From NCBI GenBank assembly GCA_040219255.1, contig JAVJSW010000054.1, positions 1-63,987 of the forward strand: a stretch of 63,987 bases of DNA. Direction: 5' to 3'. The DNA comes from Sumerlaeia bacterium. GTDB lineage: Bacteria; Sumerlaeota; Sumerlaeia; SLMS01; JAHLLQ01. Both the position numbers and the translations under genes were made by a program. Position 1 is the stretch's first letter. Each line of letters starts with the position of its first letter. Shown piece after piece: positions 1 to 10,600 of this stretch. The notes below the pieces were generated by a model, which was given only the letters and a program-made list of their open reading frames with translations, made no database searches and had not been told where the DNA came from.

Positions 1-115
1 GGGCTTCCTTCAGACCCCGCCTCGCGGCGACGCCCTTGCCTCCGGCTACTTGTTCCGGTCGTTACGGCCAAGAGAGGACTCTCACCTCCAAGAAGTCGCG
101 CCATGCGTGGCGCAC
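1..115 (-). mobile_element. 5' end (domain I) of a class IIC group II intron, truncated by window edge
   Basis: Minus strand begins GTGCGCCACGCATGGCGCG...GGTGAGAGTCC...GCAAGGGCGTCGCCGCGAGGCGGGGTCTGAAGGAAGC: GUGYG 5' splice site plus motifs matching domain I of IIC introns such as the O. iheyensis intron; lies immediately after a terminator, the known IIC target. Confidence 0.9.
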
Positions 116-150
116 AAAACTCCCCCGCCAGCGCAGAGGCCGACGGGGGA
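116..150 (-). terminator. Rho-independent terminator of kamA, intron insertion site
   Basis: Minus strand TCCCCCGTCGGC-CTCTGC-GCTGGCGGGGGA-GTTTT, followed directly by intron GTGCG. Confidence 0.85.
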
Positions 151-214
151 AATTGGCTGTCACTGACATTTTCCGCCTGCAGGCGGGACTACGAACAAAG
201 TTGCAAAAGGGCCG

Positions 215-1624
215 TCAGACCTTCGCGCCTGCCGCCCGCAGCGCTTCCTTCTTCATTTCCTCGCGCTTGGCGTCGTCGAACCAGGCGTCCTGGATGTCCT
301 TCGAGAGAACGTCGATGGGATCGTAGTAGAGGAAGAAGCGGTCCTTTTTCACGCTCGGGGCGGTATAGACGCTGATGCCGGTGACCGGGTCGTAGTGTTC
401 GTAGCTGTGGATCTGGCGTTTGCCGCCGCCGCCGGGGGCGTCCACGACGAAGTTCGGCGTGTTGAATCCCGCCGTCGAACCGCGGACCCACTTCTCGACG
501 TCGATGCCGTTTTGCAGCGTCGTGCGCAAGTCCTCCACGCCCTGCACCAAATCGTGCATATAGACGTAGTAGGGCTGGACGTTGATCCAGGACAGGCGCC
601 GCGTCAGCAGCAGCATCGCTTCGTTGGAGTTGTTCACGCCGCGCTGGAAGACCGCCTGGTTGCGGACCTTGATGCCGTCTTCCATCAGGCGGTTCATGGC
701 GCGCTGGCTGATTTCCGTGATTTCGTTCGGGTGGCTGAAGTGCGTGTGGACGCAGACTTCCTTGTGAAGTTTGCGGCCCTTCTCGACACAGCGGCGGACA
801 GCGCCGTACCAGTCATCGTCGGTCAGGAGCTTCTGCGGCATGATGGCCGGGCCCTTGGTGGCCAGACGGACGCGGCGCACGTGCGGGATGTCGAGCAGCG
901 TGTTGACGATCATTTCGAGGCGCTGGGCGCGCAGCATGTACACGTCGCCGCCGGAGAGGACGATGTCCTCGAGGCCGGGGGTGGCGCGGATGTAATCGAA
1001 GATGACCTGATAGCGCTTATCGTCCTGTGGCAGTTTGACCTTCTCGACGTTTTCTGTGTCAAAACCGACCGCATAGGACCGCGTGCAGTAGCGGCAGTAC
1101 ACGGGGCAGATGTCGAGCGCCAGGAAGAGGGCCTTGTCGTTATAGCGGTGCGTCAGGCCCGGCACCGGGCTGTCCACCTGCTCGCCGAGGGAGTCGAGGT
1201 GCAGCTCCGGGTGGTCGCGCATCAGGCGGCTCTTGAGCGGCAGGAACTGCCGGCGCAGCGGATCGTCGTAGGGCTCATCCCAATCGATGAGGGAGATAAC
1301 GTAGGGGCTGATGCGAACCGCCATGGGGGCGGTGGCAAAGCCTTCCTTCACGTCGTTGTAGAACTCCGCGCTGACGATGTCGGCAAGGGTATCGAGGAGC
1401 TTCTGGACGCTCGTGATCGAGTTCTTCAACTGCCACTTGTAGTCGTTGAACATCTCCTCGGGCACGTTGGCGTAGGCCGGAATGCGTTGCCAGAACTCGC
1501 CTCCCCGCAGGTCGCGGTGGCGAAGGTCCGGGACTTTGGGTTCGAATCCCTGTTTGAGTTCAAGCTCCTTGGCATCGGGCAGCTTGATTTTGCGCGTTTC
1601 GGCCATTGGATCGTGCAGCGTCAT
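215..1624 (-). CDS. kamA: KamA-family radical SAM protein (lysine 2,3-aminomutase-like)
   Basis: CPVYCRYC radical SAM motif, LTHRY, LSGGD, PLP-lysine motif VVDAPGGGGK. Confidence 0.88.
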   Translation of the reverse strand: MTLHDPMAETRKIKLPDAKELELKQGFEPKVPDLRHRDLRGGEFWQRIPAYANVPEEMFNDYKWQLKNSITSVQKLLDTLADIVSAEFYNDVKEGFATAPMAVRISPYVISLIDWDEPYDDPLRRQFLPLKSRLMRDHPELHLDSLGEQVDSPVPGLTHRYNDKALFLALDICPVYCRYCTRSYAVGFDTENVEKVKLPQDDKRYQVIFDYIRATPGLEDIVLSGGDVYMLRAQRLEMIVNTLLDIPHVRRVRLATKGPAIMPQKLLTDDDWYGAVRRCVEKGRKLHKEVCVHTHFSHPNEITEISQRAMNRLMEDGIKVRNQAVFQRGVNNSNEAMLLLTRRLSWINVQPYYVYMHDLVQGVEDLRTTLQNGIDVEKWVRGSTAGFNTPNFVVDAPGGGGKRQIHSYEHYDPVTGISVYTAPSVKKDRFFLYYDPIDVLSKDIQDAWFDDAKREEMKKEALRAAGAKV

Positions 1625-1851
1625 AGGCGTGGTGAAGCTCCTTCCCCGTTCTATAATTCGGATCGGCCCATCTTCTTGTGAAAGCGGGCTTTATGCAACC
1701 AGTTGCAAGGATCATGCAAGGGCAACTTGGTCCTGTCAATGCCAGCCTCGGGGGGGTCCCGCAACTCCGATTTTCGTGGCCCTGGAGGCCCGATTCTCGC
1801 ATACCCCTCTCAAGCCTTACTCAATCCCCTTTCGCAGGAAAGACCCCGTCT

Positions 1852-4293
1852 ATGCCCCCGTTCAGCAGGAACCGCTCTCGTCACAAGCTTTACCGGCCGC
1901 GCCGCGCCGTGCTCTCGCTGCTGACGGCGTCGCTCCTGACCGGCGGAGCCTTCGCCGTCACCTCGCCCACTCTCCAGCTCTCGGACCTCAACGGCTCCGA
2001 TGGGTTTCAGGTCACCGGCGAAACGGAAAACGGCTTCCTTGGAACCAGCGTCCACGGCCTCGGCGACATCAACGGCGATGGCATCGGCGATCTGGCCGTC
2101 GGCGCCGTGCAGAGCAGCGGGGACTTCCAGTACGATGGCGACGCACTGGTCATTTTCGGCCGCTCCACCCCCTTTCCATCAGAGATCAAGCGCGCCGACC
2201 TCGACGGATCGAACGGCTTTGTCCTCAAGGGCTTCGCGGGCAACAGCCGCTTCGGATACTCCCTGTCCGGTATCGGCGACTTCAACGGCGATGGCATCGA
2301 CGACTTCGCCGTGGGCGACGACTACGCCTACGGCACCACCGGCGGAGCGGCCATCGTCTTCGGCCGCGCCGAGGGATTCCCCTCGCAGGTCGACGTCGAA
2401 TCGCTGACCTCCGCTCAGGGCATCACCATCGACGCCCCGCCCCTCAGCACCGGTCTCGGTGTCGCCGTCTCCGGAGCCGGCGACGTCAATGGCGACGGCC
2501 TTGACGACCTCCTCCTGGGCGCCTTCCTCGCCACCCCCAGTACGCGACCCTTCGCCGGCGAAGCTTGGGTGGTCTTCGGAACACGCGGCAGCGTCCCGTC
2601 TCCCCTGGACCTGACGACCCTGGACGGGGGCGATGGCTTTCAGGTGCGAGGCATCGCGCCCTACGATTACACCGGTCTTCGCGTGTCCGGCGCGGGCGAC
2701 GTGAATGGCGACGGCTTCGACGATTTCCTGATCGGCGGCGACGGCGGCGACCCCAGCGGCCGCACCCAGGCCGGCGTCGCGTTCTTCCTCCTGGGACGTG
2801 AGAACTTCCCGCCGGTGGTGGATTTGCTTCCCCTCGATCCCGCCACCGAAGGCGTCCGCATCAACGGCCAGGCGGAGGCCGACCGCCTCGCCAGCGTCGG
2901 CGGCGTGGGCGACTTCAAAGGCGATGGCCTCAGCGACTTCGTCCTCGGCGCCTACCGAGCCGACTCGCGCAACCCCGACGCCGGAAAGGCCTACCTCTTC
3001 TTCGGTCAAACCCTGCCTCTACTCAGCAACAACGGCCCCACCTCGACCGGCCTCGAGTTGACCAGCCTCAACGGGACCAATGGCTTCTCGCTGAGTGGCG
3101 AAAACGCTTACGACACGGCCGGCCTGAGCGTCGCCGGCGCGGGCGACACCAACGGCGACGGCCTCCTGGACCTCCTCGTCGGAGCCGCCGGATACAACGG
3201 CCAAAGCCTCAACGACGGCGCCGCCTACCTGATCTTCGGCTCCACCGCCAGCGTCGGCGCCGAACTCAACCTCGGCGACACCCAGGGGCTCCAGGCCATC
3301 CGTTACGTCGGCTCCAACAGCGAGTACGCCGGTTCCTTCGTGGCAAGCGTGGGCGATGTGAACGGCGACGGCTACGACGACATCGGCATCGGCGCCCTGA
3401 ACAACAGCGAACTGGCGGTCGGCGGTGGCGCGGCCTATGTCGTCTTCGGCCGCGGCGGCGCCCCCAGCCCCGCCCTCACCATGGAAGTCGTGCCCCCGGA
3501 CGACACCCACCTGAACCCCATCGGCGACATCGGCGATGGCGCCCAGGCCAGCCCGTCCTCGCGCCTGTGGGTGGATTTCAATCTTTCCGACAAGGGAGCC
3601 CCAAGCCCCATCGGCCGCCTGGTCACCGTCGAAACCTATCGCGGCAAGGAACTCATCTCCAACTTGGGCACGGGGCCCGAGCAGGTCGCCCCCGTCATGT
3701 GGCGCGTCCGCGTGGACTCGGCCGATTTCGACGCCGCCCGCATCCAAGTCCGATACCTGGACTCGGAAATTCAGTTCCTCAACGAATCGCTGACCCGTCT
3801 CTATGGCGCGCCATCCCCCTCCGGCCCCTGGACTCTCCTTCAAAACCAGACCCGCGACGCCGCCAAGAACATCATGACCGGCCGCGCTGCTGGCGTCGGC
3901 ACCGACCTCGGCTATTTCGCCCTCAGCGGCCCCTTCCAGGAGCCAACTCCCACCCCCACGCCGAGCCCAACCCCCACCCTGACCCCCACTCCCACTCCTA
4001 CACCGACCAATACCCCGACGCCCACACCTACGCCGACCCCAACCCCAACGCCCACAGAGACGCCCACCCCCACACCGACGGCGACCGCCACCCCGACGGC
4101 GACACCGACCGTCACAGTCACTCCGACGCCTAGCCCCACGGCGACCCCTACCCCGACACCGACGGCGACGCCGGTGCCACAACTCGTGCTCGATCTTCTC
4201 CTGGCGCAGCCAGGGGCGCCCGACGACGCCTTGGAAGGCGACTACAACGGCGATGGCCAAGTGGACGTCGCCGACTTCCTGTTCGTCTGGTAG
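1852..4293 (+). CDS. Secreted FG-GAP/integrin-alpha-like repeat protein with Pro/Thr linker and C-terminal dockerin/EF-hand-like motif
   Basis: Seven GD(I/F/V/T)(N/K)GDG repeats, hydrophobic N-terminus, (TP)n linker, terminal [13 protein letters not shown]; ATG at 1852 preferred to the ORF-track start. Confidence 0.85.
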   Translation: MPPFSRNRSRHKLYRPRRAVLSLLTASLLTGGAFAVTSPTLQLSDLNGSDGFQVTGETENGFLGTSVHGLGDINGDGIGDLAVGAVQSSGDFQYDGDALVIFGRSTPFPSEIKRADLDGSNGFVLKGFAGNSRFGYSLSGIGDFNGDGIDDFAVGDDYAYGTTGGAAIVFGRAEGFPSQVDVESLTSAQGITIDAPPLSTGLGVAVSGAGDVNGDGLDDLLLGAFLATPSTRPFAGEAWVVFGTRGSVPSPLDLTTLDGGDGFQVRGIAPYDYTGLRVSGAGDVNGDGFDDFLIGGDGGDPSGRTQAGVAFFLLGRENFPPVVDLLPLDPATEGVRINGQAEADRLASVGGVGDFKGDGLSDFVLGAYRADSRNPDAGKAYLFFGQTLPLLSNNGPTSTGLELTSLNGTNGFSLSGENAYDTAGLSVAGAGDTNGDGLLDLLVGAAGYNGQSLNDGAAYLIFGSTASVGAELNLGDTQGLQAIRYVGSNSEYAGSFVASVGDVNGDGYDDIGIGALNNSELAVGGGAAYVVFGRGGAPSPALTMEVVPPDDTHLNPIGDIGDGAQASPSSRLWVDFNLSDKGAPSPIGRLVTVETYRGKELISNLGTGPEQVAPVMWRVRVDSADFDAARIQVRYLDSEIQFLNESLTRLYGAPSPSGPWTLLQNQTRDAAKNIMTGRAAGVGTDLGYFALSGPFQEPTPTPTPSPTPTLTPTPTPTPTNTPTPTPTPTPTPTPTETPTPTPTATATPTATPTVTVTPTPSPTATPTPTPTATPVPQLVLDLLLAQPGAPDDALEGDYNGDGQVDVADFLFVW
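3943..4180 (+). repeat. Low-complexity (Pro-Thr)n-coding tandem repeat
   Basis: ACN-CCN hexamer periodicity encoding PTPTPT... Confidence 0.9.
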
Positions 4294-4307
4294 AGAGCGC
4301 CCTCGGC

Positions 4308-5459
4308 TCAGCCCGCGAACGGCTCGACCGAATCGCCCAGCAAACACCCAACGACCCGCGCCGCCGCCTGGCCATCGCCGTAGGGGCTGCGGGCGCGGGC
4401 CATGGCTTCGCGGATGGCGCGATGATCGAGCAACTCGCCCAGTTCCCGCACGAGACGCGCGCGATCCGAACCGACGAGCCGCGCCCCCCCGGCGGCCACG
4501 GCCTCGGGCCGTTCGGTGCGCTCGCGCGTGACCAGCACCGGAACGCCGAGCGCCGGGGCTTCTTCCTGCACCCCGCCGCTGTCGGTGACGATCACGTCGG
4601 CCAGCGTCATGGCGCTTACGAAGGGCAGGTAATCCATCGGCGGCGCCAGCAAGATGCGAGGGTGGCCGCCGAGCAATTCGCCCACCGGACCCCGCACGTT
4701 CGGATTCAAATGCACCGGGTAAAGCAGTATCAGGTCCGGCCGGGCGTCGGCGACTTCGCGCAAGCCCCGGCAGACGTTCTCGAGGGGCGCGCCGAAGTTC
4801 TCGCGCCGATGGCCGGTGACCAGGACCAGCCGACCGCCTGCCGTCTTGTGCGTGCGGGCGCGATCGAGCGCCTCTCCCCGCGGCGGGTCGAGGCGCACCG
4901 TCTCGGCCGCGAACCGCAGAGCGTCGATGCCCGTGTTCCCCGTGACCAACACCCGCGCCAGCGGATCGCCCGGGGCGGGAAGGCCCTCGGCGGCGATGGC
5001 CTCGGCGGCGCTGGCGGTGGGCGGAAAGAGCCAGCGGGCGAATTGATCGATGGCGCGCCGGTTGAATTCTTCCGGAAAGGGATGGGCCAGATCGCCGGTG
5101 CGCAGGCCCGCCTCGACATGAGCCACCGGAATCCGCGCGTAAAACGCCGCCAGCGCCCCCGCGAAAGCCGTCGTCGTGTCGCCCTGCACCAGAACCGCGC
5201 CGGGAGCCTCGGCGGCCAGGACCTCACCCAGCGCCGTCAAGGCCCGAGCCGTCAGTGACCCGAGCGACTGATTCGGCTGCATCAGGTCCAGATCGTGGTC
5301 CGGCGGGCAGCCGAACAGCTCGAACAGCGGCCGGATCATCTCGCGGTGCTGACCCGTGGAAACGAGGACGATGGGCACGCCCCGGCGGCGGGCTTCGCGC
5401 ACCACTGGCAGGGTCTTGATGGCTTCCGGGCGGGTGCCGACGATGGCGAGAAGCTTCAT
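4308..5459 (-). CDS. wecB: UDP-N-acetylglucosamine 2-epimerase (non-hydrolysing)
   Basis: GTRPEAIK, VQGDTTT, HVEAGLRT, PEEFNR, TDSGGVQEEAP, PYGDG motifs. Confidence 0.95.
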   Translation of the reverse strand: MKLLAIVGTRPEAIKTLPVVREARRRGVPIVLVSTGQHREMIRPLFELFGCPPDHDLDLMQPNQSLGSLTARALTALGEVLAAEAPGAVLVQGDTTTAFAGALAAFYARIPVAHVEAGLRTGDLAHPFPEEFNRRAIDQFARWLFPPTASAAEAIAAEGLPAPGDPLARVLVTGNTGIDALRFAAETVRLDPPRGEALDRARTHKTAGGRLVLVTGHRRENFGAPLENVCRGLREVADARPDLILLYPVHLNPNVRGPVGELLGGHPRILLAPPMDYLPFVSAMTLADVIVTDSGGVQEEAPALGVPVLVTRERTERPEAVAAGGARLVGSDRARLVRELGELLDHRAIREAMARARSPYGDGQAAARVVGCLLGDSVEPFAG

Positions 5460-5827
5460 GGGCGGGCCAGGCTGTTGGGGTTTTCGCCGGCGCGCAGGCT
5501 GATGGCGGCGCCTTCTTCGCCCAATTCGAGGCACTCGAACAGATTCCGCACGCATTGACCGAGGCGGTCGTGGCCGGCGTTCGCTTCCTCGATCCGATCG
5601 ACGATGCGCCGGCCAATGGCGGCGGCCCTTACGCAGAGAGCCTCGGCCTCGGAGGGAGGCGGATTCTCTCCCGCCAAGTAGACGGGCGCCAGCAGCGCCG
5701 CCAGTTCACCGCAGGCGCTCATCAGCGGCGCGTTGTCCTCGGCGTGGGGAGGAATCTGCTCGATGATGCGCTGGGCCACGCGGCCCGCGTGCGGCAGATT
5801 CAAGGGAATGTCGAAAGATCGGCCCAT
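5456..5827 (-). CDS. Small hypothetical protein translationally coupled to wecB
   Basis: 123 aa, protein-like composition; stop overlaps the wecB start (ATGA). Confidence 0.7.
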   Translation of the reverse strand: MGRSFDIPLNLPHAGRVAQRIIEQIPPHAEDNAPLMSACGELAALLAPVYLAGENPPPSEAEALCVRAAAIGRRIVDRIEEANAGHDRLGQCVRNLFECLELGEEGAAISLRAGENPNSLARP

Positions 5828-5853
5828 ACGCTAGTCTCCTGTGCAGGGAAAAC

Positions 5854-5890
5854 GAAGAGGGGGCGGACCGTCTCCAGCCCGCCCCCCTTC
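5854..5890 (-). terminator. Putative terminator after S41 protease gene
   Basis: Minus GAAGGGGGGCGGGCTG-GAGA-CGGTCCGCCCCCTCTTC followed by GTTTT. Confidence 0.65.
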
Positions 5891-5932
5891 TATGCCTGTG
5901 TCTCAGCACCGCGCCCTGGCGCGCAACCCCAC

Positions 5933-7444
5933 TTAGCGCGCGACGACACTGTTCGCGTCGTCGCGGGCGGCGATGGTTTCGTACGGCGCCCGGTTCTGTT
6001 TGTCCTGCAAGATCATGTAGATCTTGAGTTGCTTGAGCGCTTCCTCGAGCATCACGTCCACGAAGGTGTCTTCCTTCTCTTCCGGCTTCTTCAGTTCGTA
6101 GAACGCCTTGGAGGGAGCTTCCTTCGATTCTTCCTTCAGTTCGTTCAGCATGGGGGCCGATTGCGGATCGTCGATCTCGGTGCTCTCCGGTGCCTCAACG
6201 CCCTCCTCGTCCTCGCCTTCCGGCCGGTCGATGCGCACATCGCCCAGCAGCCCGTGCGTCAGCAGCTCGCGCTCGTGGCCTTCCGGCAGCGGCACGCCGA
6301 TGTCCGGAGTCACGCCGATTTGATGGATCGTGCGGCCCGAAGGCGTGTAGTACTTCGCCGAGGTCAGGCGCACGGCGCTGGTGCGTGGATTGCCGTTCTC
6401 ATCGTCCTCCAGGGAATAGCCCAGGTTGATGATCTGCTGCACCGAACCCTTGCCGAAGGTGTTCTTGCCCGAGGGTCCGATGACCACGCCGAGGCGGTGG
6501 TCCTGGATCGCTCCCGCCACGATTTCGCTGGCGCTGGCGCTGCCTTCGTTCACCAGAACGAAAAGCGGCACCCGGGTCAGGGGATCGTTCATCGCGCGGT
6601 ATTCGCGGTTCTGGCTGCGCATCCGGCCCTTGGTGGACACGATCAGCGCGCCCTTCTCCGTGAACAGATCGGACACGTCGATGGCTTCGCGCAGAAGTCC
6701 GCCGGTGTTGAACCGCAGGTCGAGCACGAGGCCCTCCATGCCCTGGCTCTTCATGTCCAGGATGGCTTTGCGCAAATCGCGCGAAGTGTTCTCGCTGAAA
6801 CGCGCGATGCGCGCGTATCCCACCCCGTCCTGGAGCATCGTGTGGAACACGCTGTCGATGGCCACGCTGGCCCGCGTCACGGTAAAGTCCAAGGGCTCCG
6901 TCTCGCCGTCGCGGTACACCTTGAAGCTCACGCTCGTGCCCGAAGGCCCCGTCAGCTTGCGCACCGCGTCCGTCAGTTCCATGTCCTCCGTCGTTTCGCC
7001 TTCGATTTCGATAATGCGGTCATAGGGCTGGAGACCCAGCTTCGCCGCCGGCGATCCCGGAATTGGGGCGATCACCGTCAACACGCCCTGCTGCTTGGTG
7101 ATGTGAATGCCGATGCCGCTGAATTCGCCGCTCGTGTCCTTGTCGAGCGCGTCCAGCATATCCGGCGACATGTACTGGCTGTGCTCGTCGAGGGCGTCGA
7201 ACATACCCGCCAGACCGGCCTCGAGGACCTTGCCGGCTTCCACGTCATCGACGTACTTGGTCGAGATCTCGCTATAGATTTCCGCCGCCAGATCGACAAA
7301 GCGGTAGAACTCCTCCTCCTCCGCGCTGTCCGCCTGGATGCGCTGATCGCGCAACCCAACCAGCGTCAGCGACAAGGTCAACAACCCCACCGCCGCGAGA
7401 AAAAACAATCGGTCGGACTTCGGCGCCCGTTTCCAAAGCATCAT
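5933..7444 (-). CDS. ctpA: S41 family carboxyl-terminal processing protease (PDZ)
   Basis: GEFSGIGI PDZ loop, DLRFNTGG, catalytic SASASEIVAGAIQD, TFGKGSVQ; N-terminal TM anchor. Confidence 0.92.
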   Translation of the reverse strand: MMLWKRAPKSDRLFFLAAVGLLTLSLTLVGLRDQRIQADSAEEEEFYRFVDLAAEIYSEISTKYVDDVEAGKVLEAGLAGMFDALDEHSQYMSPDMLDALDKDTSGEFSGIGIHITKQQGVLTVIAPIPGSPAAKLGLQPYDRIIEIEGETTEDMELTDAVRKLTGPSGTSVSFKVYRDGETEPLDFTVTRASVAIDSVFHTMLQDGVGYARIARFSENTSRDLRKAILDMKSQGMEGLVLDLRFNTGGLLREAIDVSDLFTEKGALIVSTKGRMRSQNREYRAMNDPLTRVPLFVLVNEGSASASEIVAGAIQDHRLGVVIGPSGKNTFGKGSVQQIINLGYSLEDDENGNPRTSAVRLTSAKYYTPSGRTIHQIGVTPDIGVPLPEGHERELLTHGLLGDVRIDRPEGEDEEGVEAPESTEIDDPQSAPMLNELKEESKEAPSKAFYELKKPEEKEDTFVDVMLEEALKQLKIYMILQDKQNRAPYETIAARDDANSVVAR

Positions 7445-7670
7445 TGGCAAAAACTCTCCCTGCAAGCATACCGTCCTGGCCCATCGAGCCATCTGACTCG
7501 CCGCCCCTTCCGCGAAACGCCGAAAAGCGCGCAGCCTTCCACACGACCACGGAACGCGGTTGAGGGATAGTTAGGAGCCGATTGCTGGACTGTCAAGGCC
7601 ACAAGCACCCGAAACAAAGGGGTTTTTCCCACCCTCGTGAGAAGTTGCCCGGATGGACTGCTCCAAGCGG

Positions 7671-10600
7671 CTACGGCTGCTCGAAGGGATCGTGGACGCG
7701 CCACATCTCTATTTTTTCCAGATAGATCGCCAGCGACCCCTCGTCGCCCGCTCCCTCTGCATGGATCAGGTCGAGGGCGGGGCGGAAGTGCTTTCCGCCG
7801 CACGTCTGCCAGTCGTGAACAAACAGGTCGTAGGTCACCACCTTGTCGAAACGCGGCAGGGTCTCGCCGTCGCCAAGCGAGGTCACCGTGGTCATCACGG
7901 AAACTTGATTGTCCGTCGAGGTTGCCCGCAGGCGGAACGTAGGCAACTGGAGCGCCTGCTGGGCGTTAGCTGCATCGCTTCGGACGAAGAAGCGAAAGAT
8001 CACCAACTCGCCCGGGTCGTACAGCCGATCGCTGCGCGGACCCTGCCAGAATCCAAACTGCACCGGCGGTCCGGGCGTTTCGCGGGTCGTGCGTGCCCGG
8101 ATGGCGAGACCCCGGCTGGTGCTGGCGAACTGCTGGGGTGCCATCGCTTCGATCGGGCTGATGGCCTGCCAACCGGACGAACTGTCGGCACTGAAGGTGT
8201 ACTCCGCCAGCAAATCCGAATCGCGACGGTCTGGGAAGGGCAGCGCCTCCCAACGGAATTCATCGAGCGCCACCGTAGCCGGGCGGGCATCATCGGGCGA
8301 GAAGCGGAACACATCCATGGCGTGGACGCGGGCTTCCTGGGCCTCGAAATCCGCCAGATGGAACACATGCTGATAGAGCCGATCGGTCATCCCCGGCGAG
8401 GCCTCGCCCGAGCCGGCGCTCTCGACCACCAACATGTCGCTGCGTTGGAAGGTCGGCAGGAAGCTGCGGAATCGCACGCCGGGCGCCCGCGCCGGATCGG
8501 CCACGTCGGACCGAACGCGCCAACTGACGCGGCCCACGGCTCCTTCGTTCTCCCTAAGGCCATCGGCCCAAGCGGACGGCGCCAGTTCAAGGGCTGGGCT
8601 CTCCCACGTGCCATAGGTCGCGTCGCCTTTGTAGACCCCAAAATTCAAAGCACCGTCGCGGTGCGAATTCTCCGTCGCCGTCAGGCCCGCGGCCGAACTG
8701 GCGGACCAGCCCGATGTTTCCGTGTCGAAAGTGCGCCGCAGCGGACCGGGCGCGGCCCCACGCGAAAAGACCACCCCCGGCACCACGCCATCGCGCACGA
8801 TCGTGCCGGGCGAAGTGACCCTCAAGTCGAAGTTGTACGTGGTCGATGCATCGAGGAATTCCTGGCTCAGCGTAACCGGCACCCTGATCGAATTGCCGGG
8901 CTGCAAGCGCCCGGTGAGGCTGCCCGGCTGGGCTACGGCGTAGGAAACGAGGGCGTTGAGGAGGTTCGCGGCGAAGAGACTGTCCTGGTTTCCATCAAGA
9001 GTGTACAGGTCGATGCCCGCCACGATACTGCGCCCTTCATTCGAAGCGAAGACGGTTCCCCGGCCATCGGTTGGCCTCGCGATCGTTCCTCCCAGGGCGA
9101 TCCCATTGCCCGTGACGCTGGCCTCCAGGACCTCCGAACTGCGTCTGGTCAAATGAGTCAGCCCGTTGGGCGCGCCAAAGACACTGTATAGGTCGCTCCA
9201 GGGAAAAATCGAAGTGCTGTCCTTGACCCGGATGCCCTCGCGGAAACCGAGTGCGGGCCAAGAGCCTTCGACATTCGGCGACACGACCAGGACTCGGTGA
9301 CCCTGCTGGATCAGGCGGCTTGCAAGTTCCAGATCGTCCTTACTGCCCGATGTCATGACAACCAGAGACGACGGTTGCGTATCGGCAGCCTCCTGGAGCT
9401 GAGCACGCGAGGTGATATATCGCCAGCGAAGTCCGATTTCCTCAGCGGATTGCGCGAAGTTCTCACGAGGTCCCGAGCCGTAAATCAGCAACTTCGACTT
9501 CGGCAAAGCCTTCTCGCCCGCCACCACATTGGGGGACCCCTTACCCGCCACTTCGATCCGCCAATCGGCCGGACCCACGCCCACATTCGTGATGGTGATC
9601 GCGTCGGGGATGGTGACGCTTTGCGCGGAGTCCAGCGACCGGCGCAAGGCGTTGCGGTTCGCCGTGACCTTCAGCTCGTTGAATCCGATCTGCAGGCGTT
9701 AGGTTTCATCAAGACCCGGCAGAGTCGCCTCCTGGCCCTCGGTGTTCCGGGCGCGGAAGCGATAGCCATAAATGGTACTCACCGGCGCGGGAGGCAGGGA
9801 AGCGCACCAAGTGTCCGAATTGCCCTCGCGGAGGAGCGGCACGGACGCGAAGGCCTCGCCGTCGTTGTGGCGGTATTCCAGAATCGCGCTCGCGGGATCG
9901 AGGGGTGCCTGGCCATCGGGAGCTTGAATCGAGACGCACATGGGCCACGGGCCGTCCACATTGGTCAGGCCCGGCGGTTCGTGGCTCAACCGCAGGGCGC
10001 GGATCATATCGCCGCGGATGTCCACGCGGATCGGCAGGGAGTTCGCGCAGTCGATCGAGAGCGCATCGAACAGAAGGCCCGGCTCATCCACCCGCGCCAG
10101 CAGGTCGATGTCGAAAAAGGCCCCTGGCTCGATGATGCGGGGGGTCTGGACCGATTGCCCTTGGGCGTATTGGACCACGTAGTCCTCCGTAGCCTGGGTC
10201 AACCACCCCACGTCGTCGAATTCGACGAGCGCGTTGTCGAAGCCCACCAGCCCGGCAAAGCCGGAAGGCGGGGCACCCGAATGGAAAAACTCCTCGAGAA
10301 CGCCCCCGTTCAGATCGAAGGCGAAGTGATTGCCATCGGCTCGGAGCCGGAAGTCATTCCATTCACCGGTCGTGATCGAAATCCCGCGGGTCGAAACGTA
10401 CTTGATTCCCCCATCGCGGACAACGATAAGGCGGGCTTGGTTCCGGCCAATCATGACCAGGACCCCACTGCCCCGAGCCGATTCATCAAAGGGATCGAAC
10501 CAGAAATCGTCCGTCGCCCGCACCACGACGCCGAATGGCCCCGCGCCGTCGGCCGTGCGAAAGCGCAGCGTGTGCTCGGCCGCGGTGTAGCGGCGATGGG

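Noticed and set aside
3943-4180. CRISPR array
   Set aside because: In-frame Pro/Thr coding repeat with no spacers; the dispersed arms also lack repeat-spacer regularity and no cas genes are present
9699-9701. Selenocysteine, pyrrolysine or alternative-code readthrough
   Set aside because: The codon is TAA, and TAA, TAG and TGA all terminate other genes normally in this window
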